From Parachlamydiales bacterium (lineage in GTDB: Bacteria > Chlamydiota > Chlamydiia > Chlamydiales > SM23-39), in assembly GCA_019694475.1 (NCBI GenBank), contig JAIBBX010000007.1, positions 9,225 to 73,224 of the forward strand: a stretch of DNA of 64,000 nucleotides, read 5' to 3'. Below are positions 34,318 through 43,771 of this stretch, one piece after another (the stretch's first letter is position 1; each line of letters opens with the position of its first letter). The position numbers were made by a program, and so were the translations under genes. The notes under the pieces are model-generated. The model did no database searches. It was not told the origin of the DNA and saw only the letters and a list, made by a program, of their open reading frames with translations.

Positions 34318-37164
34318 TTTAGGAATGAAGTGGATCAGGGCTGTCCAAGTTTTTGGATGGTTGATGAATTGGAGTTTGCGACGGCTTATCGAATAGGTTC
34401 GTTTTTCGTCTTCGCCCAGTCTTTCGATTGTAAATCTTTCACACCAGCCCAGATATTCATCTGCAGGATGCATTCCTTCAAGGAATTCATCGACGATGAG
34501 GGTTGCGCTTTGTAAAGCTGCGCTCAGACAGTCCTTATAAGAGATTTTGAAAGGGACGGCTGGAAGAAGCTGCGTCGGAAAATAGGTGCACCAAATTTCC
34601 TCTAGCGAATCGATGTATAGAGTTCCTGCAACAAAGAATGCGCCATTGAATGTCGCGAATGGGCTGATCGAATTGAGCTGCTGCCTTGCGGTATAAATGG
34701 AAATCGGAAATTGATTTGCATTGATAAAGCTTGTCGAATCAATCACGAATCGTCCGGGGCCAATTTGAGGGGGAGCGGGGAATTGATCGTCTACGACGAG
34801 TGTAATTGGACCTGCCGTGGTCGTTGCAGAAGAGTTGTTGATGAAGGAAATATCAACCCCGGCTTTAACGAAAATTCCAGTCGTTGCAGTGAGCGTTGTC
34901 GGGTCGAAGAAGATCGATTGAGGCGCCAGCATGGTCAAAAAGCCATTGGTTCCAGCAAAGGTTGAATCGATCGCGTTGATTGCGCCAGATACCGATTCGA
35001 TATAGGTATCAGCCAAACCTGAGATCGTACCCAAATTTGTCGAAATATTTCCCTGAGAGATCGCTGTTGTGTTTGCAGCTGAAAGGATCGAAGCGTTTCC
35101 TCCAAGAGCGGTTCCGGACATTGTGAGCGAATTTGCTGAGAAATAAACAGGTCCTGAAAATCCACGAATGACAGCGCCGCAATTAGCAGAAACTCCCGGA
35201 GAACCAGATCGCAAAGTAGCGCTGCCATTGACGATGATCCGTGTATCTGACCCACCTACAAGCGCAGCGAGAGTAAATACTCCAGGATTGGCTGATGGAG
35301 AACCTCCTTGCATGAAGAGATCTCCTCCTACTTGGACATTCAGTGGGCCTCCTCCTGAAGAAAAGAAATTAGTTCCTATAAATGCAACGGAAAGACTGTT
35401 TACAGGATTGACCGCTGTAGAAATTAAAGTTAAATCGCCATTGACAGAGAAATTCAAGGCGCCTCCTCCTGCAGCGAAAATGCTCGCGTTAGAATTCTCT
35501 CCAGGGCCTCCAAATAGATAAGCGCTACCTGTGAGCGTCATATTGATATCGCCGGTACTTATTGGAAGAACTTGTGCAGATTGAAAACTCCCGTTTCCAT
35601 TACCCAAGAGAGATTGTCTTGCATCAATGATGAGGTTGCGGGCTTGGACAAATATGGAGCCGCCATAAAAAGTATTCGCGAAATCTTTTCCTGCGACGAC
35701 ATTCGCGCTGCCGAGAAGTGTCATTGAATTTCCGGAACTGGCCTGAATGTAGAAGTCGCCATCCAAAATAAAATGCAAATCGCCTCTAAAGGTTTGAATT
35801 TCAATATTGCTTGGAGAGCCGGGTGTTGAATTCACGACCATTTGAACCCCTTTGGTCTCAATGATGAAGTCCCCGCTGGAAGTTGAATCTAACGAGTGCA
35901 ATTGACTTTTAAACCCAGGCTGAGAGCTCATATAGAGGACGCCATTTGGTGCGTTCACGGCGATTGAAGTTCCCGTGATGGGGCCTCCAGTAATTTCGAC
36001 TACAGCTGATTGAGAAGGGGTGGCTTGTATTCTGACATTGCCATTTGCCGAATTGAATTCGAGAGTTCCTCCAGCAGTGGGTTTGATATCGGCATTGATG
36101 ATCAATTCGTTGGTAGCGCTCAAAGTGAGTTTGGTCGGCATTGCCCATGTAACGGGCGAAGAAACGGTGATTTGTCCATTGCCGCCTGATCCTCCAGCTG
36201 TTGTGATGAAGACATCGGTCATGCCAAGAAGAGTGCCGAGTTGCGTTGCATCGACAGTGGCGGTCGGCCCTGGCGGGTCGTAAACTGAAGTGAGGGGAGG
36301 CGCTGGCATTCCATAGGTGCCAATGTCAATTTGCGATGGATCTAGAAGTAATTTTCCAGTTTTACCGTATGGCGCGCGCGTATCGGCAAGGCCGGCCATA
36401 TTTAGATGTTTAGGCGAAGAAACGTCGATGAATCCGCCATCTCCGTTGAGAGAGCCTCCTGTTGCGCTAATCAAACCGTAGACGGCTGTATGTTCATGGC
36501 TCCAGAGGATGACTTCTCCGCCATTGCCAGCATGCTCTGCATTGGCTGAAAGAGTCGCTTGAGGGCCGAGCCATATTCTTTGAGCTTTCGGAAAGTCCTC
36601 TTTGCTTCCGATGAAGATGCGTCCTCCGCCAGATGGGCAGGAAACATCTATCTGTGCTTTTCCGAGAATTGCAATTTCTTCTGCTGCAAGAACGATTTCG
36701 CCTTTCGGACATCGGATCTTTCCTTCCCACTCGATCTTGCTACCGCGATGTTCTAGGAAAGCGATTTTGTGCGAGGATTTGTAAACATCCGTATTTAGTG
36801 GCAAGGCCGAAGCGATAAATGAGGCTGTATCAATGCGAGCCTCTTTTCCGACAATGAGTCCATTTGGATTGATTAAAACGACTTGTCCATTCGATTGGAT
36901 TCTTCCAAATAGAGCGCTGGGCTCAGATGTTAGGACCCGATTCAATGCGATGGAAGAGGCGTCCTTTTGGGAAAAAATCACCTGCTCATTTGCATCGAGG
37001 GAAAAATTTTGCCAATCGATCCAAATATTTTCATCCGAGCGGATAGAAACTTCGCTGTCTGCATATTCAATTTGCCCGAGTCCTTGCACGATTTGGCCGT
37101 TTTGCGGCAATGCGCAAAGAAAGACGGGCAGGACTGGAAAAAGACAGCGAAGCCAAGCATTCAT
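34309..37164 (-). CDS. TpsA-type exoprotein paralogue (951 aa) with no adjacent TpsB
   Basis: It has a signal peptide (MNAWLRCLFPVLPVFLCALP) and a TPS domain (FSQKDASSIALNRV...VVLINPNGLIVG...NGDGGFIDVSS...GKLLLDPSQIDIG). Its C-terminal domain is homologous to that of the 812-aa TpsA. Confidence 0.8.
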   Translation of the reverse strand: MNAWLRCLFPVLPVFLCALPQNGQIVQGLGQIEYADSEVSIRSDENIWIDWQNFSLDANEQVIFSQKDASSIALNRVLTSEPSALFGRIQSNGQVVLINPNGLIVGKEARIDTASFIASALPLNTDVYKSSHKIAFLEHRGSKIEWEGKIRCPKGEIVLAAEEIAILGKAQIDVSCPSGGGRIFIGSKEDFPKAQRIWLGPQATLSANAEHAGNGGEVILWSHEHTAVYGLISATGGSLNGDGGFIDVSSPKHLNMAGLADTRAPYGKTGKLLLDPSQIDIGTYGMPAPPLTSVYDPPGPTATVDATQLGTLLGMTDVFITTAGGSGGNGQITVSSPVTWAMPTKLTLSATNELIINADIKPTAGGTLEFNSANGNVRIQATPSQSAVVEITGGPITGTSIAVNAPNGVLYMSSQPGFKSQLHSLDSTSSGDFIIETKGVQMVVNSTPGSPSNIEIQTFRGDLHFILDGDFYIQASSGNSMTLLGSANVVAGKDFANTFYGGSIFVQARNLIIDARQSLLGNGNGSFQSAQVLPISTGDINMTLTGSAYLFGGPGENSNASIFAAGGGALNFSVNGDLTLISTAVNPVNSLSVAFIGTNFFSSGGGPLNVQVGGDLFMQGGSPSANPGVFTLAALVGGSDTRIIVNGSATLRSGSPGVSANCGAVIRGFSGPVYFSANSLTMSGTALGGNASILSAANTTAISQGNISTNLGTISGLADTYIESVSGAINAIDSTFAGTNGFLTMLAPQSIFFDPTTLTATTGIFVKAGVDISFINNSSATTTAGPITLVVDDQFPAPPQIGPGRFVIDSTSFINANQFPISIYTARQQLNSISPFATFNGAFFVAGTLYIDSLEEIWCTYFPTQLLPAVPFKISYKDCLSAALQSATLIVDEFLEGMHPADEYLGWCERFTIERLGEDEKRTYSISRRKLQFINHPKTWTALIHFIPKSE

Positions 37165-37192
37165 CTAAATTATTTTTATCAAATTTGATGAA

Positions 37193-37975
37193 TTATTCCA
37201 AACGGGAAAGTCCCTTCCTCCTTGTTTTTTCAAACATCATTTTGAAGATCGATACCGAAGCGGTCAGATAAATGATATTAAGCGCTATGCTGATCCAAAA
37301 ATAATGTGCAGGGAAAGTATCGGTCGTCAGAATCGATCTCATCCCTTCAAAGATGTAGGTCGTCGGCATGCAAAGCGCAATCGATTGCGCCCATCCGGGA
37401 AGAACATCGAGAGGATAAAAAACCGAACTGAATGGAGCAAATAGGAATGCAATCATCCACGCAAACATTTCCACTTTGCTTCCCCAATAGATGATCATGC
37501 TGGAAGAGAGAAATGAAAGCGACCAGCCGAAAACAAGCAGGGATGCAGCAAATGGAATAAATGCCCAGCCCACCGTAAACACGTTGAGCGAAAAGAGTAG
37601 GTAGACCATAAGGGCGCCAAACGTGATGGTGATGACGAGTTTGCAAAGAGAGACGAGAATCAGTCCTGCAATCCATTCGGAGATTTTTAGAGGCGTGGAG
37701 AAAAGATTGACTAGGTTGCGGTGCCAAAACTCTTGCAAAAGGCTTACCGAAATATCCACTGAGCCGCGCCAAGCGATTTGCCAGAAGATTAGGCCCGTCA
37801 TCAAGACGAGAGGGAGCGATTCAACATGGCTTTGCCTTTGGATCCAGTAGGATGAAAGGCCCCAAAGCAAAATGTCGACGAGCGGCCAGTAGAAGAGATC
37901 GGAGAGCTGATGGATCCCTTTTTTGGCAACAAAGAAGTACCGTAAGAATACGCCGTAAATCCGGTAGAAGTTCAT
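37193..37975 (-). CDS. ABC-2 type transporter permease
   Basis: 260 aa with about 6 TM segments. It overlaps the upstream ATPase gene by 4 nt. Confidence 0.7.
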   Translation of the reverse strand: MNFYRIYGVFLRYFFVAKKGIHQLSDLFYWPLVDILLWGLSSYWIQRQSHVESLPLVLMTGLIFWQIAWRGSVDISVSLLQEFWHRNLVNLFSTPLKISEWIAGLILVSLCKLVITITFGALMVYLLFSLNVFTVGWAFIPFAASLLVFGWSLSFLSSSMIIYWGSKVEMFAWMIAFLFAPFSSVFYPLDVLPGWAQSIALCMPTTYIFEGMRSILTTDTFPAHYFWISIALNIIYLTASVSIFKMMFEKTRRKGLSRLE

Positions 37976-38892
37976 AGTGTTTTCTCTGCAATTTTAAGGA
38001 AGTAGTCCTCTAAAGAGGGTTCCTGGATTTGGATGCTGGCGTAAGAGACGCCTGCTTGCATCAGCTCATTGAGAAAACCAGGGATTATTTTCTCGTCCAA
38101 GGAGAGAGAAATGGCCCGGTGTTCAAGCTGATAGGTCAGTTTGTGTTTTTCTGCGAGGGCAACAGTTCGCTTCATTCCGTCGGTGATGGTGAGGCGGAGC
38201 TGGTAGAGCGAAACGCTTCGCGCAAGGTTTTCTGGCAAGTCGTCTGCGATGATTTTTCCTTTTTTAAGGAAGATAGTTCGATCGCAAAGTTCGGCCACTT
38301 CTTCCATTTTGTGGGAGGTAAACAAAATGGAAAGCCCTGTACGATCCCTTTCTTCTAAGAGGAATTTGCACACCTCTTGAGAAACATCGGGGTCGAGCGA
38401 TGCGGTAGGCTCGTCGAGGAGCACTACTTTCGGATTCGTGAAGAAAGCTTTCACCAACATGAGACGGGTGATTTGTCCTGCAGAGAGCGAGGAAATGGGA
38501 GAATGTTTTTTATCCATAATCCCAAACCGCTCCAGCAATGGATCGGTCCGTTTTTCGAAATCGGTGATTCCATAGTAGAGTCCAAAACATTTTAGGTTTT
38601 CCCGTACAGTTAGGATGTACGGAAGGCTTGTGTAGGTGCTCGCAAACGATACCGATTGCAAAACTTCGGATCGATGCTGGAAGAAGTCTTTTCCGAAATA
38701 GAGAATGGAGCCCGATGTTGCAGTCAAAGTGCCTAGCAGCATCTGGATCGTGGTTGTTTTCCCCGAACCATTTGGTCCAAGGAGTCCGAGAATTTCTCCC
38801 GGACTCAAGTCGAAGGAAATGCCGTCTACTGCGGTGTAGGGCTTTTTTTTGCCATACACTTTAGTGAGGTTTTTTACGCTTAAATTATACAC
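37972..38892 (-). CDS. ABC transporter ATP-binding protein (306 aa, with a C-terminal extension)
   Basis: Walker A is GLLGPNGSGKTT, the signature is LSAGQ, and Walker B is VVLLDEPT. Confidence 0.85.
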   Translation of the reverse strand: MYNLSVKNLTKVYGKKKPYTAVDGISFDLSPGEILGLLGPNGSGKTTTIQMLLGTLTATSGSILYFGKDFFQHRSEVLQSVSFASTYTSLPYILTVRENLKCFGLYYGITDFEKRTDPLLERFGIMDKKHSPISSLSAGQITRLMLVKAFFTNPKVVLLDEPTASLDPDVSQEVCKFLLEERDRTGLSILFTSHKMEEVAELCDRTIFLKKGKIIADDLPENLARSVSLYQLRLTITDGMKRTVALAEKHKLTYQLEHRAISLSLDEKIIPGFLNELMQAGVSYASIQIQEPSLEDYFLKIAEKTL

Positions 38893-39664
38893 AGTCTAAT
38901 CTCCTTTGGAGCCTGCGGATTGCATCCCATGCAAAAAATGCGGTGAAAGCAGAAAGCGCGCTGAAACTGGTCCAGAATGGGAGATATCCCTCCTGGCCGA
39001 GAGTGGCTGCGCGCATCCCTTCCATCACATAGAGGAGGGGGTTGATTAAATGAAAGTAACCCAAAGTTGGATACAGCTTTGCAATAGCGGCGTAAGAATA
39101 CCACCAGCCCCCAAAACTGTACATTGGGTTGATGACACGCACGAAAAGGTGCGTCAAGCTGCTCATGTTTTTCAGGATCGCTGAGAGCCAAAGAGCAAAA
39201 AATCCGAAAAATAGATTGCTCAAAATGAAAATCAGCGGCAACTCAATGAGATTGAACTTCGTTAACGAAAATTCGTTGAAGAGAAGCATTTTCCCAAGAG
39301 GGAACATGAGAAGGCTCAAGAGCGATGAAAGGATCGCCCAAGAAATGCCAAAATAGGAAAAAACCATCCATGAAGGAATTGGAAGGCTCAAGAGATAAAG
39401 AATCGACTTGTCTCCCTCGATATCGGCAAGCATGACGCTGACTTTTCCCATTACCTCAAAAAAACCAAATCCAGCAATGACTCCGACGAGCAGGAAGGAG
39501 CCATAATCTGATTCAAGTCCATAAGAGGGAAGAAAATATCCGAAAATCGTGATCGTTGTGAACATGAGGAGAGAAGTGTTGATCAACTTCCCCCAAAATT
39601 CTCCCTTGAAGACCCGAAGGTCTCGGCAAATCAAATGATAAACGGTAAGGCTATTTTGCAACAT
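38885..39664 (-). CDS. ABC-2 type transporter permease
   Basis: 259 aa polytopic protein. It overlaps the neighbouring genes by 14 nt and 8 nt. Confidence 0.7.
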   Translation of the reverse strand: MLQNSLTVYHLICRDLRVFKGEFWGKLINTSLLMFTTITIFGYFLPSYGLESDYGSFLLVGVIAGFGFFEVMGKVSVMLADIEGDKSILYLLSLPIPSWMVFSYFGISWAILSSLLSLLMFPLGKMLLFNEFSLTKFNLIELPLIFILSNLFFGFFALWLSAILKNMSSLTHLFVRVINPMYSFGGWWYSYAAIAKLYPTLGYFHLINPLLYVMEGMRAATLGQEGYLPFWTSFSALSAFTAFFAWDAIRRLQRRLDCV

Positions 39665-40394
39665 AATCTGACTCTTGCAAAAGTTTGATGAATACGTCTT
39701 CCAGACGGTGCATTTGATGCAATTTTTTCAAATTGTCTGGAGTGTCGATCGTTTTAACAGTGCCTGCATCGATGATGCAGACTCGGTCCGAAAGATATTC
39801 AGCTTCATCGAGATAGTGGGTCGTGAGGAGGATCGTCGAACCGCTTTTCTTCAGTTCCCGGATCTGATCCCAAAGCTGGCGGCGGATGTGCGGATCGAGG
39901 CCCACAGTCGGTTCATCGAGGATGATCAATTTCGGCGCATGCAAAAGCGTTCTCGCGATGAGAAAGCGCTGTTTGTAGCCGCCTGAAAGCACCGATGCTT
40001 TTTCGTTCGCATATTCATGCAGATGGAATTGATCCATCAGCTCTTTGGTGCGAGCGCGGATGAGCTCCGGTTTCATTCTTTGGTAGCGGCCGGCAAAAAG
40101 GAGATTTTCCTCCAACGTCAGAGAAAGATCTAGATTCGGTTTTTGCGGGCAAAATCCCACAATGCCTCGGTATGAGACGATGTCTTCATAGATCGATTTG
40201 CCTTCAAAAAGGATGTCGCCGGATGTTGGGGGATGAAGCCCCGCGATGATTGAAGAAAGGGTTGTTTTGCCTGCTCCGTTCACACCGAGAAGGCCGAAAA
40301 TTTCCCCTGACTTTAACTCAAAAGAGACGCCTTTAAGCGCCGCCTTTGTCTGATAATGTTTCTTCACTGACTGAACTTGGATCAGTGTCTTCAT
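39651..40394 (-). CDS. ABC transporter ATP-binding protein (247 aa)
   Basis: Walker A is GLLGVNGAGKTT, the signature is LSGGYKQR, and Walker B is LIILDEPT. Confidence 0.85.
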   Translation of the reverse strand: MKTLIQVQSVKKHYQTKAALKGVSFELKSGEIFGLLGVNGAGKTTLSSIIAGLHPPTSGDILFEGKSIYEDIVSYRGIVGFCPQKPNLDLSLTLEENLLFAGRYQRMKPELIRARTKELMDQFHLHEYANEKASVLSGGYKQRFLIARTLLHAPKLIILDEPTVGLDPHIRRQLWDQIRELKKSGSTILLTTHYLDEAEYLSDRVCIIDAGTVKTIDTPDNLKKLHQMHRLEDVFIKLLQESDYVAK

Positions 40395-40420
40395 AGAAAC
40401 TCGGGATATATATATTATGC

Positions 40421-40438
40421 CCTGAAGAATTCTTCAGG
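40421..40438. promoter_or_regulatory. 18-bp perfect palindrome in a divergent promoter region (candidate operator)
   Basis: cctgaagaattcttcagg lies 27 nt upstream of the ABC operon start (40394), in the gap before the divergent gene at 40558. Confidence 0.3.
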
Positions 40439-40557
40439 TGGATGGCGGACCCCTTCTAGAGAGGCTGGCAAATGATGAGGAAAGTGTTAGATTTTCATGT
40501 TGGACTCTAAACTTGTATTAAGTATAATCGAACTCCAAACTCAAGGTCAATATTTTT

Positions 40558-41367
40558 ATGAATTGGGCAGATGTTGAGAAATCGTTTTCGAGGGCGGTGG
40601 CATTATCATTTTCAAAAAAAAAGATGATGCTAACTTTTCCTGTTTTAGTTTTGTGCGGGATCCTTGTTGTTTTTTGCCGGGCTGTTGCATTTGAAGCAAG
40701 CGACTGGATCGCTATGAGCTTGGCTTTCCTGCCCATTTTGCTCTCTTCCGGAGTTCTTCTTGCTTTGGGCGTGCTCCTCATCCGGATTCACATCCATGAA
40801 GTGAAGCAGCTCCATTTAGGTTTTAGGCGTCTCATTGCGGGATCAGTCGATCTCATCATGGGGACCTCCTACTTGGCAATTCCTCCCATTTTGGCCTACT
40901 TGCTCCTTTGGATTGCGCTCGGTCTCTTCTTTCTCCTTCGGGAAATTCCTGGCATTGGCGATTTTTTCTCTGTGGTACTAGCTTTTGGCCCTTTCCTGCT
41001 CATTTTTGGATCGTTGCTCCTTTGTCTTTTCAATCTGGGCCTTCTCTTTTTCGTAGCTCCTGCGGCGGCTTTTCAGCCGTTTAAAAGAACTTCTTTGGCA
41101 AAGAGGGTGGTGGGACTTTTTCAAGGCCGCATCCTTAGCAGCATCAGCCTTTTCCTCCTGGCTCTGGCTCCCATCTTGCTTGTTGTAGGCCTGCTCACTT
41201 TATCGGCTCTTCTCGCAAATGCCTCTCCTGAAAAACCGCTCTCAATTGCGATGTCTTGGTTTTTCACCATGGTCCCTTTTGCAGCAGTCTTGACCCCGGC
41301 TGTCATCTTTTTCTTTAATTTCGCAGCTGAGAGCTATCAGCTTCTGCATCCCAAAACAAGCCCATGA
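40558..41367 (+). CDS. Polytopic membrane protein of unknown function
   Basis: 269 aa with about 7 hydrophobic segments. The stop overlaps the next ATG (ATGA). Confidence 0.55.
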   Translation: MNWADVEKSFSRAVALSFSKKKMMLTFPVLVLCGILVVFCRAVAFEASDWIAMSLAFLPILLSSGVLLALGVLLIRIHIHEVKQLHLGFRRLIAGSVDLIMGTSYLAIPPILAYLLLWIALGLFFLLREIPGIGDFFSVVLAFGPFLLIFGSLLLCLFNLGLLFFVAPAAAFQPFKRTSLAKRVVGLFQGRILSSISLFLLALAPILLVVGLLTLSALLANASPEKPLSIAMSWFFTMVPFAAVLTPAVIFFFNFAAESYQLLHPKTSP

Positions 41368-42179
41368 ATATCGCGATCGTTGGAGCTGGATATGTTGGAC
41401 TTGCAGCTGCATGGCATTTGCTCCAAAAAAATCATGACGTTACCGTTTTTGATGGAGGTCTTGGCGCTTCCCATGTTTCGACCGGTCTTCTCCACCCTGC
41501 TCCTGGACGTAAAGCGATCCCAACATGGAATTGGCAAGAGGGGATGGAGTCTGCCACTGAGCTACTCGAAATAGCAGGTTCCGATACTTTCCTTCGGAAC
41601 GGCATACTCCGTTTCATCGAGGGCGAAGAGCGGTTGATCCCGGAAGGAATTACGGTCTTTTCTAAAAAGTATTTAGCGGGATTAAAAAAGGCCTGTTCAA
41701 AAGCCACTTTCATCCAGAAGTGGGTGCATAGTTTGGAAGAGCTTGCAACTTTTGACCGCATTGTTTTGACCACCGGCGCAGAAAGTCTTGCTTGGGCAAA
41801 CCTCCCTCTTAAAAAAACGATCGGACAGTGTCTCATCTGCAGATGCAATGAACCCTTAACCGTGAGCCTTCTCGGACAAGGGCATATTACTCCGACCGAG
41901 GAGCCAGGAATTTGCCTTGTCGGTTCTACATATGAACACACAGAAAAACCTGACCCTCAAAAAGCGCTTGCTCTGATAGACCAGGTTGCCAAATTCTATC
42001 CGCCAGCCAAAGAGTTTAAGATCCTGGATGTTTTAACAGGAGTGCGGATCTCTCCTAAAGTAGGATACAAGCCGATCCTTCAAAAGATCGGTTCCAAAAC
42101 TTGGGTGCTGACCGGATTTGGTTCGCGAGGCCTCATTTACCACTCTCTTTTTGCAAAACTTCTTGCTTCTGACATTTGA
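41364..42179 (+). CDS. FAD-dependent oxidoreductase (DAO-like, short)
   Basis: The N-terminus MNIAIVGAGYVGLAAAWHLLQKNHDVTVFDGG is a Rossmann FAD/NAD motif. At 271 aa it is shorter than typical DAO proteins. Confidence 0.6.
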   Translation: MNIAIVGAGYVGLAAAWHLLQKNHDVTVFDGGLGASHVSTGLLHPAPGRKAIPTWNWQEGMESATELLEIAGSDTFLRNGILRFIEGEERLIPEGITVFSKKYLAGLKKACSKATFIQKWVHSLEELATFDRIVLTTGAESLAWANLPLKKTIGQCLICRCNEPLTVSLLGQGHITPTEEPGICLVGSTYEHTEKPDPQKALALIDQVAKFYPPAKEFKILDVLTGVRISPKVGYKPILQKIGSKTWVLTGFGSRGLIYHSLFAKLLASDI

Positions 42180-42222
42180 GAAGCATAAGATTTCCCGTTA
42201 AAATTTTTTCTGAGGGGGTCTT

Positions 42223-42663
42223 ATGACTGTACGGATCACGTATTCATGCCGAGCCGATGAAGCAGGGCTGCTGCCTCCTAAAATTTCCGCAAGGCATTCA
42301 TTAACGATTCCGGCCGATCGAGTCCGCGAACTTTTCCAAAAACATGCGCGGATTTTCTCATGGCTCTTTTTAGATTTGAAGATTCCAAGAGTTAGCTTCA
42401 ACGTTAAGCCCGAATTTACAAATCAGGATATTGATAAACTGATTCAAGCGTTTGCGAATTTTGCCAGATCCTCTCTTGATCGCAACGAATTCTTTAGATT
42501 GAAAATGATGGATGAAGCTTTGAATGGAAATCAGCCAACGATTTTCGGCGATATGATGGATAAAGAATCAAATGCGTGTCAAAAAGCGGCTGAAGGATGG
42601 GATCAAGAGCTCAATAAACTGAAATCTGAAAGGGGTGTTTTTGTAACCCTTGGATCTAGGTAG
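42223..42663 (+). CDS. Small hypothetical protein, paralogue A of a tandem triplet
   Basis: GAGGGGG precedes the ATG. It shares the pattern ...H.(R/K).F...(I/V)(A/D)(K/Q)(V/L)...FA...PT(I/L)F.D(M/S)M... with the next two ORFs. Confidence 0.5.
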   Translation: MTVRITYSCRADEAGLLPPKISARHSLTIPADRVRELFQKHARIFSWLFLDLKIPRVSFNVKPEFTNQDIDKLIQAFANFARSSLDRNEFFRLKMMDEALNGNQPTIFGDMMDKESNACQKAAEGWDQELNKLKSERGVFVTLGSR

Positions 42664-42666
42664 AAT

Positions 42667-43107
42667 ATGATTGCAAATATCAGCATTTCTTTAGCTGAAA
42701 TTCTCCAAAATGGTTTTCGATGCCAACAGCTGGTCACTTCTTTTGTTGGCATTTCAGCCGCACGAGTCGATCAAATTATGCAAAAGCATATGAAGTTTTT
42801 TCATTCTTTTATGTTAGCAGTACGATCTTCTGAAATTCATTTAACTGGGCCCACAGAAAACTTGAGTCTGGAAAAAGTTGCCCAAGTGGTTGCTTCTCTA
42901 GATGTTTTTGCAGAAAAAATTATTGAGAAGAGAAACGCGGTTGCACTGATCGATGAGGACTTGAACCGAAACGCGTATCCGACTCTTTTTACAGATTCAA
43001 TGTTCTGCCAGATTCGAAACATCGATAGAGAAATTTTTCTCGCGTATATTCGGATGTATGAAATCTGCAGAAAAGCGGGAATAGGAGTTGGGTTTTGGGT
43101 TTTGTAA
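42667..43107 (+). CDS. Small hypothetical protein, paralogue B
   Basis: It begins 3 nt after paralogue A and has the same length and motif set (KHMKFFHSF, KVAQVVASLDVFA, YPTLFTDSM). Confidence 0.5.
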   Translation: MIANISISLAEILQNGFRCQQLVTSFVGISAARVDQIMQKHMKFFHSFMLAVRSSEIHLTGPTENLSLEKVAQVVASLDVFAEKIIEKRNAVALIDEDLNRNAYPTLFTDSMFCQIRNIDREIFLAYIRMYEICRKAGIGVGFWVL

Positions 43108-43123
43108 AAATATTAGGGGGCAA

Positions 43124-43597
43124 ATGTCTGCGTATTTTACTGTCAATTTAAGAAATCTCCAGAGAAACGGAATGACGATTCCGCAAGTGGTTCCGACTTT
43201 TTCTGAAAATTTAAAGTCAGAACATGTAGATGAAGTGTTTCGGTGCCATTTGCAGGCATTTTTCAGATTTTTGGTAATTAATTCATCGTTTCGCTTGAGT
43301 TTGAAGGCAGATCCTGAAAACTTCACAAAAGAAAAAATAGCTAAAGTTGTTAGAGCGATGGAGGCGTTCGCCTCAGCAATTTATGAGGATCGATTTGGCT
43401 TAGAGATGAAGGAAAAGGATTTGGCTTTAAGCGGCGGGCCTACGCTCTTTTCTGACATGTTGGAGGGGCAACTAAAAGAGACTCAAAGCGAGCGCGAACA
43501 AGCAGCCAAAAACCTAGAACAAACTGCTTTAGACAATCACATCCAGATAGAATTATCGGTTAATGCAAGGATGTCCTCAGATACGGCAGGAAAATAA
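43124..43597 (+). CDS. Small hypothetical protein, paralogue C
   Basis: AGGGGG at 43115-20 precedes the ATG at 43124 (MSAYFTV...). Its motifs are CHLQAFFRF, KIAKVVRAMEAFA and GPTLFSDML. Confidence 0.5.
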   Translation: MSAYFTVNLRNLQRNGMTIPQVVPTFSENLKSEHVDEVFRCHLQAFFRFLVINSSFRLSLKADPENFTKEKIAKVVRAMEAFASAIYEDRFGLEMKEKDLALSGGPTLFSDMLEGQLKETQSEREQAAKNLEQTALDNHIQIELSVNARMSSDTAGK

Positions 43598-43771
43598 AAT
43601 AACGGCGCAAAGCGCGCCTGAAGATGACGCTTCGATGCGTTGCTAATGATAGGTATGTCGGGGATGTCCCGAATCTTATAATTCTGGGTTGCAGGGCCTC
43701 CCTGCATCATGCATATCATTCGAATCTTTTGTTGTTCTTTACGCGATTCTATATCGAGAAAGATTGTCTTG

